From Enoplolaimus lenunculus (taxonomy: Eukaryota), in the NCBI GenBank assembly GCA_030248215.1, contig JASANG010003752.1, positions 124,001-188,000 on the forward strand: a stretch of DNA of 64,000 bases, given 5' to 3'. A model generated the notes under the pieces. It was not told the origin of the DNA. It saw nothing but the letters and a program-made list of their open reading frames with translations, and searched no databases. Shown piece after piece: positions 18,101-28,815 of this stretch (positions are counted from its first letter, which is position 1; each line of letters opens with the position of its first letter). The position numbers and the translations under genes were made by a program.

Positions 18101-21100
18101 AATGGATAAGCCTAAATTAGGCGTTTTTACGGTGTTTCACTAATTATTAGGGTTACAAGCAATGTAATTTCAGCAATAATGGGTTTTCGGGTGCGAGGAA
18201 TCTGAATAAATTGTCTACAGACCTTTAAAAGCAATTGTCGAATAGTTAGCTAATACATAATTTGCATATTTGCTAAATTGACGAGACAAAATTAGGACTA
18301 TAAATTATTCCAATAATTATTAAGGTGGCTGAAGGGTTTTTGCGTGCGAGGAATCTGAGGAAACTGCTTACAAACCTCCAAAACCGATAAATGAATAGTT
18401 AGCTAATAAATAATTTGCATATTACCTTAATTGCTTACGTGTGTTCGAGCTTGGCTCAATAAATGTAGTCCCACTACGACTGGTATTATTTTGTGTGTTC
18501 ATATTAATATTTAAATAAATTTAACGAGATGGTGGCTGGGTTTCTGAAACATTACTTTAGTACGACTTAGTACTGAAGTACGTGCTAGGTATTTACTAAT
18601 CCATTTTGTTGTTTTTAAATGCGTTCTTAAGTTAAGTAGCTACTTAAATAGCTGACTAAATTATATATTATATTGCAGGTTAACAGTTCAAGCATACTAA
18701 ACTTAGTGTAGCTGAAATTGTAGAGTCATGGTGCCTCCATAATATAAAGCAAAACTATTACTTTCTTGTCATGACATATGCTCACATTTGGTGTGTTTCT
18801 GTTTTTGCACGAAAAGTTAACTATTTACGTAAGTCGGTGACTTAAGTAATTATTTAAGTATAACTTAAGTAAATAAGATTTTAGAAACCCAGTCAGTGCA
18901 TTTTATTTGTATTGTTCATTTAACACGTGACAGGGTATTCAACCAAAGTTGGCGAACGTGGATTGAAACTGAGCGGAGGTGAGAAGCAAAGAGTTGCCAT
19001 CGCGCGGACAATACTTAAATCGCCGGAGTTTATTTTGCTGGATGAGGTATGTACATGATGCCTCTAAAGCTTGTCTTAAGCTGACTGTTAGACAAAGAAG
19101 TGTAAGTCAAGAGGGCGAAAGCATGACCGAACTAGCGTGATTGGGGGAAATAGAATTTTGTGACGGATATTTTTAGTATACGGTCGCATCTTGTAGTTCT
19201 CGTATTTGAATTCGGTCCAATTATTGCGCTTACATCGTGAAATCTTTTAAAAACGCAGTTTGATTTGAAAATTTCGCTGTTTATTGATTCAAGCTTAAAG
19301 CATTTTACGATACATTTAAAACAAGGATGGCTTTGAAATATTTGAAAAATTTTACATCTCTAGTCGGTGCTTAATAGGCCAGCATGTAGTTATTGCTAGT
19401 GTTATTGGAAGACGGTGTTCTAACTATACTCCACTGCACTCACTTAGTTTCATACATAGTTTAGTTTAAGTTGATCATGTGTTGGTCCTACGTTTACTTG
19501 CAGACAAATTTAATGTTCACATTTGTTTAATTTGACTAGCTATGTCAGCAGGCATTTTATACAATTCATTTCTTTCAGGCGACATCGGCGCTGGATACAA
19601 AAACTGAACGCAATATTCAACAGTCGTTAAACGAAATTTGCGAAGGCAAAACTACCGTTATTGTAGCACATCGGTATGTCTTATGTTGTAATGTATACTC
19701 AACCTGGGCCTATGTTCTCAAATACGTATAGCACTGGCGAAGGCACGGATGGAATGGAACGTGGAAAACCGTAGGAATTAAACCAGAGTACTTATTCTAT
19801 ATATTTCCGCATAGTGGAAACGGCGTGTGAAGATATTATCTAATATCTTCGTATTTACAAAATGTAAGCCGCACAAGATGTACATTGCTGTATAAATTTG
19901 GGTCTCGGTTTATCAGTGCGTAATATAACAAACCCTGAAAAGGTCGTAGCTTTTGGATCAACGACCCTGCGGGTGTTAAAATGATACCCTCGTACTCAAC
20001 ACTTCGAGTTCTACCGTTTAAGCTACTTTTCATTAAATTCCCACGGAGGTCCATATCACGCACCTCCACCTACAGCATCTATCACCAATTAGCGATAAGT
20101 TTTTAAACTGGCGAACTCTTGCAATTTCGCATGTCAAAATTGATGCCGAAGTAGGTCAAATTAAATGCGAAGAAATGTGCTGAATCTTGAACTTCAGAAT
20201 TCACTGTTTCGAAAGTTACAAGACCTTATTGGAATCGTACTTAATTTCATTCAGGTTATCTACAATTATTCATGCGGACGAAATTTTAGTATTGAAGGAT
20301 GGTGCTATTGCTGAGCGTGGCAGGTGGGTACAGTTATGTATTTGTGTAATATTCTTTAATTTCTTGGTGTTTTGTTTTGGAAGTAAGTTGTTTCGTATAC
20401 CAATGTAGAATAATTCGTGCAACAACAGAGCGAACTTCAGCTATTTGACTGTGTTTGCTGGGACGTAAACAGATCACGACAATGCCACGAATCTGCAAAT
20501 GGTTTTCTTAGTTTTGTCCTTTGAATAAAATTGTTCGCTGGATCCAAATTGTATGACATATAACATACATGAGTAGATCAATCTACTATTATATAATAAC
20601 TAATGTGGCTTACGACAGGTATACAATTTGTTTATAAATCAATTTTGTTCAAGTAAGCTGTTCATCCTATTTAAACCGCTATCACAACATGTAATGAATG
20701 TCCAATCAGATTTGATTGTAGGACCTTGTCGGCTACCTACGACCAATTTATTATAGTGGGCTGTACTTCGTTGTCTCCGGGTATAACTTTTTTAAACTGC
20801 TATTAGTTGGATTACGGTGGCGCTATACTTCTAATAACGTCGAGTCTGTCAGAGTCCAGCGTCGTCTGTCACCGGCCGGCGCCGTACATCACCGTGCGCT
20901 ATTGTACGTGAACTAGCGCCACCCAAAAGGCTGAACTGCTCTGCTTAGAATAGCAGATTTGCCTACGGCAGATGCTACATAATTGGCCTGAATAGCAGAT
21001 TGGTATATGGTATATGCGAAATACATAATGATAGATGTGAACACCTGGAAACCAGGGTGCAACCGGAATTTGGGTTCCGGTACGGAAATCCGGCATTTTT

Positions 21101-21707
21101 CATTATCTGGCTCCTGTAATAAATCCGGTATTTTCGGTATTGACAATTTTTCTAGTTCAAAATTTAAGAAAAATTGGCATATTATTCTAAATTATTTCTC
21201 TAAAATTGTCCGAACGTGTATTGCCAAAATTTTCAATTTGTGCCATACTCCATAATTTATCTTAAGTTTCCACCTACAGCATTCGTTTCAAGATTTTTGC
21301 ATTCTGAATGGTGTGTTTACATCATTAAAAGAGATAAAATAGGGTTAAAAGGAAATCTTTCGGCAACAAGTATTTTTTATTTTCCGGTTCTGGTATTGTT
21401 TTTATTTTCCGGTTCCGGTATTTTATAATTCCGGTTGCACCATGCTGGAAACTAAAATCTTGCATAAACCGAAGTCAATTTGTTTGGTAGTCTAGGAATC
21501 TGATATTAATTTTGTTTAATTACTGTAATTTAATCTATTTTCAGTCACGACCAGCTATTGCAATTAGAAAATGGAATTTATGCCGACATGTGGCTGGAGC
21601 AGCTTCAAAGCGCTGTCGACGAGAAACGAAAAACCGACAGTGACAGCATTGTTGAAAATCCATCGCAAGCACATGAACCAAATGTAGTTCAAAATATTGA
21701 AGTTTAA
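9143..21707 (+). CDS. ABCB6: ABCB6/HMT-1 ABC half-transporter; exons 9143-9454, 9818-9996, 10459-10624, 11261-11540, 11726-11825, 12206-12295, 12784-12905, 13466-13641, 14141-14349, 14618-14681, 15286-15371, 15687-15744, 16414-16518, 16792-16865, 17185-17285, 18934-19046, 19579-19673, 20255-20323, 21545-21707
   Basis: N-terminal hydrophobic TMD0 (MHYCEPN...GHCFLD); [32 protein letters not shown]; Walker [10 protein letters not shown]; signature LSGGEKQR; Walker B ILLDEATSALD; H-loop AHRLST. Confidence 0.95.
15936..16314. mobile_element. hAT-like MITE (CAGGGTGCAACCGGAAT TIR)
   Basis: Perfect TIRs; exact 8-bp TSD ATGACTAC at 15928-15935 and 16315-16322. Confidence 0.9.
17356..18460 (+). mobile_element. 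Helentron/DINE-1-like (HINE) element with internal tandem array
   Basis: Starts after a T run with hairpin CGAAACTCCGAGC-GAA-GCTCAGAGTTTCG, then a (CCGT)n microsatellite and a GGCTGAACCGATTTT core. About 5.5 tandem 154-176 bp units follow, then a short 3' hairpin GAGC-TTG-GCTC. Confidence 0.65.
21053..21444. mobile_element. hAT-like MITE (CAGGGTGCAACCGGAAT TIR)
   Basis: TIRs with one terminal mismatch; exact 8-bp TSD CTGGAAAC. Confidence 0.88.
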
Positions 21708-21980
21708 CTAAAACTCAAAATGTTTTATCTATTTTTAAATTATAAAAGTAGGAAATTTCTCTGAATGCGCAAATTTCTTTTAATTTGTTGGTTATCCGTG
21801 TCTGAAACAAATTTTTAGCTGAATACAATTTATTCTGAGAGAGATTGATACAGTTTGATTGTTGGAACATGGAAGTTGAAGTGTTTTTCTTTGTTTATCC
21901 TCATATTTATGTGATAAAATTTGTATGTTTTACTATAAAATCTGTGAGCGATTTCTACGTATATTTGAGACAGGTGCACT

Positions 21981-22174
21981 GGCCCATGTATAGAACACGG
22001 CCGGAACAGTTGTATAAGCATATTCCGAAGTCTAAGCCTAAGCCTAAGCGTATGGATGAGCCTATTCCTAAGCCTAAGCCTATTAAACCTAAGCAAAAGA
22101 ATTAGTCTATAGCTTAAACTGACTCTATTATAGCCCCTCCGGAAAACGATCCAGCCCTGTTCTATACATGGGTC
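21981..22174 (+). mobile_element. TTAGGC-carrying MITE (Merlin-like)
   Basis: TIR GGCCCATGTATAGAACA / TGTTCTATACATGGGTC; exact 8-bp TSD GGTGCACT; internal (GCCTAA)n. Confidence 0.88.
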
Positions 22175-23522
22175 GGTGCACTGTCCATATCGAACGAACT
22201 GACGTTTAGGCAATAACTTGAACTGTTTTGCTGGAGGACGCATATTTATTAATAACTTGAAGTTTTACACCCGCAACTCGAACTGTTACCATATGAAAGC
22301 AAAGAAACATGAATCGTAGTGATTACGTTGGCGAAAGCCGTGTGTATGCAAAAGATAAACCTTTCAGAGGGTAGCACCCCTTAGCCCCTATGAGTGGCCT
22401 TTGCCACGATGAGGTTTTCACATCAAAATTACTTAACAAAAGTTTAGACACTCGGCAAGTAAGAAAGATCTTGAAAACCAACTACTAAGCTACCATGGTT
22501 ACGCCGTTGGGGATGTGGGGAATACATCCTATATGAAATTCCTGAACGGATCGGAAAGGGACTTAAATGATTTAGAATACCAGCTGGGGGATCATGTGTA
22601 TAGATCAGGAGCGGACCGTTTTTCCGCGGCGGTGTAATAGAGTTAAGCTTAAGCTTTGGGCTAACTTTTTGCTTAGGTTTAGGTTTACCGCTTGTTCTAC
22701 ACCTAGACTTTCGGGCTTGCGAATATGCTTAATCTTACTGCTCTGATGCTTAGATTGACTACTTGCTGGAACAGTGTAAACATACAGGGCATAGGAGCCG
22801 AAAGAGGGGTGCAGATGTTGCACGTGCCCCCTCCAAAGACACTAACATTAGGGGCAAAGCCTCTTATTATATTTCGAGTGGATGGAAATGTTTCAAACTG
22901 CGCAAAATTGTTGCTTTTTGCAAAAATATATTGGAAAATTCTGGCACTTCGCGCAGAAAAAATGCATTCCCATGTGTATACTCAACACGCGTTCGTTTGT
23001 CGCAAATATCAAGACACTAAACTTTGGAAGGGCAGACTTCAAACATAAGATTGGAGAATGAAACATTTAACCTGCCTAATTTGACTCCAGCACGGTGCAA
23101 ACGGAATTACAATTTTACTGGAATTGAAATTTGAAAAAATTACCGGAACCGGAAAATGAAAAATGCTTGCCGCCGCAAACATTCTGTTTTTCATTTTTGA
23201 ATATTATTGGTTAAATAACCCTGGGTTGGAGATAGATATTCACTTTATCTGCTGTATTTTAGATTTTCATGATCCACTAGAAGCGAAACCTATACCTTCG
23301 ATGGGAATATTTGTGAATCATTTCTGTATAATTTTGTCTCCGTCTTATGTTTCAAGAGGGACCCCCATTCCCACGGTAGCTTTGAAAATCGTCGGGCATT
23401 TCGCTCATCCAGTATCTTGAAAATTCCATTTTTGCAACGTTTGCTGAGCTGAAGTTGTCGTTGTTGGGACAGATTTATTGAATTGCTGAAATGTGCTTTT
23501 ACTTAAACTGGATACAAAACAT

Positions 23523-23755
23523 TGCCAATGTAAACAACAAGGGTGGAACAGTATTATAAGCATATTCCTAAGCCTAAGTCTAAGCCTAAGCGTAAACAAT
23601 GAGCATATTCCTAAGCCTATAAATTGTAAGCCTAAAAGCCAAGCAAAAATAGTCTAATGCTTAAGCTAACTCTATTGTATTCCCACAGAAAAACGTTCCG
23701 CCCCTGATCTTTACATGGGACCAAAACACGTCCGCCCCTGATCTTTACATGGGCC
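23523..23755 (+). mobile_element. TTAGGC-carrying MITE with duplicated right end
   Basis: TGCCAATGTAAACAAC...(CCTAAG)n...CCCCTGATCTTTACATGGGAC; flanks CAAAACAT/CAAAACAC. Confidence 0.75.
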
Positions 23756-24116
23756 CAAAAATCGAAGCCGGATAGGGGGCTCGAACCCCTGACCTTAGGA
23801 TTAAAAGTCCTGCTTAAGCTAACTCTATTGTATTCCCACAGAAAAACGTTCCGCCCCTGATCTTTACATGGGACCAAAACACGTCCGCCCCTGATCTTTA
23901 CATGGGCCCAAAAATCGAAGCCGGATAGGGGGCTCGAACCCCTGACCTTAGGATTAAAAGTCCTGCTTAAGCTAACTCTATTGTATTCCCACAGAAAAAC
24001 GTTCCGCCCCTGATCTTTACATGGGACCAAAACACGTCCGCCCCTGATCTTTACATGGGCCCAAAAATCGAAGCCGGATAGGGGGCTCGAACCCCTGACC
24101 TTAGGATTAAAAGTCC
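23658..24116. repeat. 3 x 153-bp tandem repeat (MITE right end + 3' part of tRNA-Lys)
   Basis: Units start TGCTTAAGCTAACTCT at 23658, 23811 and 23964 and appear identical. Confidence 0.92.
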
Positions 24117-24144
24117 CACGCTCTACCGACTGAGCTAACCCGGC
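24072..24144 (-). tRNA. tRNA-Lys(TTT)
   Basis: GCCGGGTTAGCTCAGTCGGTAGAGCGTGGGACTTTTAATCCTAAGGTCAGGGGTTCGAGCCCCCTATCCGGCT forms a full cloverleaf; TTTTT terminator just downstream. Confidence 0.9.
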
Positions 24145-24320
24145 ACACAAAGGTACTCAATTTGAGTGTAGATAACAGCTGCTCAAAATATAAACAAACT
24201 GCATTATTTGTGTATGTTGTATAACATGTATTGTTCATTATCTGTATATTGCGCACAACAAACATGTAAAAGTATAGTCACAGAAATAACATTCTCTCTC
24301 TCCTACAGCACCTCGTATGT

Positions 24321-24617
24321 GGCCAATGTATAGAAAAGGGATGTAAACAATGACGGATCCATGGGGGGGCCACCCCGGCCGTGGGCCCCGCAACAGCATC
24401 TCGATAAAAATTATGTAACAATTTTGTGACAATAGTTCGTGGTTTGTGTGTGAGTCAAAAGTAAGTTTATTACCTGTGAAATTTCGCCCCCCCCCATTTT
24501 GAGATCCTGGATCCGCCACTGGCCGTAAGACCTAAGCAAAAAAGTAAGTCTAAGGCTTAAACTGATTCTATTACAGCCCCACCGGAAAACGATACTGCCC
24601 TATTCTATACATGGGCC
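24321..24617 (+). mobile_element. TTAGGC-family MITE with nested hAT-like MITE at 24348-24521
   Basis: Outer TIR GGCCAATGTATAGAA / TTCTATACATGGGCC; inner ends CAATGACGGATCC / GGATCCGCCACTG. Confidence 0.75.
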
Positions 24618-24872
24618 TCCCATATAAAGAGAGGCAAAAGGGATACCAGGAATTTCTGGATCCGTCACTGGTTTGCGACACATATCCACAGCTGGCCCGT
24701 GCAACCAACGCGCCTTGATAGGTTGAGGCGTCCGCCCTCCACGCGTGTCATTGGGTGCCGAGGCCACTAACTTTGGCTGGTGCTCCCCCAAAGAGTCTCG
24801 GTCTAAAAATAAACGATGTAAAGCTTGCAATTGTAGGGATCGGCCCTCCCCCCAAACTGATTCGGTGACCCT

Positions 24873-25209
24873 CAGGCCCGTAGTCAACTCGCCTTGATAG
24901 GGAGGGCTAAAAATTTTTCAGGAGGGGCATTCGCAATGGCGGATCCATGGGGGGGCCACCCCGGCCGTGGCCTCCCCCAACAGCATCTCGACAAAAATTA
25001 TATACTTAGCAATTTTGTGACAATAGTTCGTGGTTTGAATGTGGATCAAAAGTAAGTTGTGAAATTTTGCCCCCCCCCACCATTTTGAGATCAAGGATCC
25101 GCCACTAGCCATTCCAGGGTATTCAATGAGTTACAAGCAAGGTTAGAAAACGTTACACGGTGGCTAATATTTTTCCAGGGGGGCTGAGCCCGTCTTGGCT
25201 AAAGGCCCG
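24873..25209. mobile_element. hAT-like MITE with nested CAGTGGCGGATCC-type MITE at 24934-25107
   Basis: Outer ends CAGGCCCGTAGTCAA / TTGGCTAAAGGCCCG, TSD GTGACCCT/GTGCCCCT. The inner copy is homologous to 24348-24521 and 29007-29180. Confidence 0.72.
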
Positions 25210-25315
25210 GTGCCCCTCCTATATAGAATTTTGTGCGAACGCCCCCTTCTGTTTGTGGGCTACAAAGAAAATGATGCTTATTTACTTGTCACTTACACAG
25301 ATGGAAATGTGTTGC

Positions 25316-25388
25316 GGTTTCGTAGTGTAGTGGTTATCACGCCTGTCTCACACACAGGAGGTCGCCGGTTCGAACCCGGCCGAAACCA
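25316..25388 (+). tRNA. tRNA-Val(CAC)
   Basis: GGTTTCGTAGTGTAGTGGTTATCACGCCTGTCTCACACACAGGAGGTCGCCGGTTCGAACCCGGCCGAAACCA; all stems pair, anticodon CAC, followed by TTTT. Confidence 0.95.
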
Positions 25389-28379
25389 GATTTTAGCTAC
25401 ACTTGGGAACAACCTGTGATTTACTTAAATTAAGCATTGCTTGCGGCTTCACACGAAGTTGTTTTCGGCGTAGGTACGAGATCTGGATCCGTCTAGGAAT
25501 TGAACAAAACGTGGCCTATTGTATAGATTTCGACGAGCTTATAGGTCAGCAGTACCGTTTTTATGGCTGCATCAGACCAACGGTTAAGAATTAAAATCCA
25601 AATACGCACAGATTGGACTGTAAACTGTCTATCATTCACATGTTCGTAAAGTATAAGTAAAGCTTTACTAAGTTTATTCGTTGAACGAATTTGGTTAGCG
25701 TTTGTACATGTTTTGTGAAAAGTTGAAGCTTAACTGGTCATAACTTTTAAACCGGGGGGGGGTCATGCCGCGGTAAAAATGGCACCGCTAAACTCAGCGC
25801 GTCAAAATCTGTAAAATGCACTGTTTTTCACTAAATTTCCAGAGGGGGTTCATATTCTATACCTCCGCCACAATTTGCCCCCAGAAAGTTTTACGTTACC
25901 TGTAAGGAATCAAAAACCGTTGTATTCCCCAGCGGAAAGATGTTTAGCCCCCATATCAACATGATCTCACTACAGGCCTGCTGTTTACTAAACCTGATTG
26001 GTTGAAACTCGTGTAAAATCCTTGCAGGCGTCACCTAAAAAATGTTCGCCTCTGATCATATTGAATTCAACTGCCTATATATACTTGCCCCTTCAGTTAT
26101 GTGTTAAAATTTAGAAAATCAAACTTTTTTTATTTAGTTTCAAAAATCAAAAACTAAAAAAATCGCACAGATTTCAAAACAACAACAACCAACCAAATTA
26201 AAGTAAAAAACTGCATTCAGTTTGAAGTTTTAAGACACAAATCATGATCATATGCAGATATTTAATATTGTTTCTGTTTGATAAATTTTGTCAAAAGATT
26301 ATTTAAAACGGCCAAAAAACAAGCGGTTTAAAATCTTAAAAATACTCTAAAATTTTGATAATTATTTTTTGGCTTTACTAAAACGCAATAAATCTTTAAC
26401 TTTATAGACATACATACATACACACACATATATATATAAACTGATATTTAACAATATATACAGACAAAAAAATGTTCTGACCGGAAATGTCAAAACGAGA
26501 CAACTCAAAATGTCAGGTAAGCTGATATTATCTGCATAATTTTGACAAAAATCGGGATTGTGATTTTAAAACAAAAAAATCAACTAAAAAGTTGCAAGAA
26601 AATTTGAAAATTTCGACTAGAAAAAATATTAAAAATTCATCATGGGATACAGTGGTGTAATAACATAGACCAACTTTTAATACAAGAGATATATGACATA
26701 CATATTGTATATAGATATTTACATGTATATATATAAATATAGATACATACAAATATAATTAAAATGCTAAAAATGTCGTTCAAATACTTTTTGAGAAATT
26801 AGCGAAAAAATTTCAAAATCAGACTTAAAAATTAAACACCAAAACCGAATAAAAAAACAATGAAAATTTTTGCCAAAATTAAATCCAAAGAGGCGTTTGT
26901 TTCATTTTGTGTTTCAATTTCATTGGATTTCGTTTAAATTTAAAATGTTCAGGGGGAATGGCAAATGCCAACCGTTGATTGGTTAATAATGGAAACATTA
27001 AAAAACAAATGTAAAGAATATCGGTGGGGGTTTTTTTAATCGTAAATTAATGTTTTCTCAAAATGATTATTTTCTCATCATTAAATCATCTGATTTAATG
27101 CAGTTTGTAAAATGTGTTTTGTTGTTTTGTAATGATCCGATTAATATTAAACAAATTACTACTTCAAATAATCTACTTTTATTCGGCATTTGGGGTTTTC
27201 AATCTATTTTCTATTTCAATTTGCTGAAATTTGAACTTTCATCAGAAGTATTTTAAAACTGCAGTTCAGGTGTGAATGGAATTCAGATGCTCAAAAAATA
27301 ACGGTTCGATCTGTGTTTATACATTAGAATACAGTTTTTGGCCCAGAGATTGAATTGGAGGTGTGGGGTCCAATTAAACGGTGTGGAGCGGCGTTCTCAG
27401 TTTTGAAATTTTTAACTCAAAATTAACCTTAAGATTTGTTCGGTACACTGAATATATAAAATTTGTTTATCGTTACATTGAAATTTTCAAATAATCCCTC
27501 TGCTAAAGTTATTTTAAAACTTTACCTTCTAAAAAACTAAAGGCCGCAAGAAGATAGCGGGTCTGTAGTCAAGGGGGCGGGGCCAAGGGAGGCTCAGCCC
27601 TCCTGAACCAAATTTGGCCCCTCTAAAACATTTTCAACCTTGCTTGCATATTTCAATCCCTGTTCTGTCTGACCATGGAAAAAACACAGGTCCTATAACA
27701 CTAAGAAAGCTAGGCGCATTCTAATATTGCGGCGGTTATTCGTTTAACTAAAATAGAATTGAGGTCCGTATTTCAGGTGGGGGCCCCAAATTGGAGCTAT
27801 AACGAGTGTTAGACGGCTGATCCGGTGAAGCAAAAATGGCTTAAAAACGGTACTCCATCGAACTTTAAACTTTCAACCAAAAAATGATCCATTTCCAATT
27901 TTGGAACAGTGTTGAAACCTAAAGTTTTCCTGGTTTCTGCTATTTTGAAAATCATGTTTCAAACAAATCAAAATTATACGACACATATTGGGATGTGCGG
28001 GTGTAAGCCATGATACCATTTTGAAAAAGTATATCCTCTTGTAGGGCGTCCACACGGTGGGAATTGGATGGCCGCTCGCTTTGAATCAGGCTGATTACCC
28101 ACTCACAAATAGACTCTGGCCAAACATTGTTATTAATAATAAAGTTTTGATCCATTCCACATCCACTCGTTCGGAAATTTTCAACTCTACCCGTGTCTTA
28201 AATGAAAACAAATCGCACAATTTTATAAAAGGTATTAAAATGCAGTGATATGCAAGTTAGCTGTGGCTGCCAAGGCCGCAGGTGTGCAGAGGGGAGTGAC
28301 AGATGACGCAACCCAAACTACGAAAATCTTCGTTCCCCTCCGACGATCTAACAAATTTTGTACAATACGAAAGAAATTT

Positions 28380-28610
28380 GATTTGTGTCCCGTTGTCTTG
28401 TTTTCCCAAATTTGCAGCTGTCCCGTATACTCCTATTTGCAAGAAAAACAATCCTGTCTTGCTTTCCTGTTTTCCCAGCGAAAAAATTGCTGCTGTCTCG
28501 TTTTCCCATTTGCCCGAATCAAACCTGTGCCGTTGTCCCGTTTTCCAAGCAAAAACTTGCAGCTGTCCCGTTTTCGCATTTGCCCGAATCAAACCTGTCC
28601 CATTTTCCCA
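28380..28610. repeat. degenerate tandem repeat rich in TGTCCCGTTTTC
   Basis: Recurring CTGTCCCGTTTTC; ATTTGCCCGAATCAAACCTGT occurs twice about 70 bp apart. Confidence 0.55.
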
Positions 28611-28815
28611 TCAACCCGTAATGCTGTCGGCAGGAGTATATGAATTTGTACCTATTACTCTCCTGTGTCTTGCTGTCCCGCCTGAACGGAACGCCCCTAA
28701 AACTAAAATTGGCCCCTTGTTCTATACATAGCCGTTTCCCCTTTTCCTTTGCTTTAGGAATTCATATTAAATCACTAAAGTTTATATCGGTGGTATAATA
28801 TACCCAAACATTCCA

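Noticed and set aside
23632..24150. 172-aa ORF with a 51-aa repeat
   Set aside because: It is a by-product of the 153-bp tandem repeat and overlaps a tRNA gene and a MITE end.
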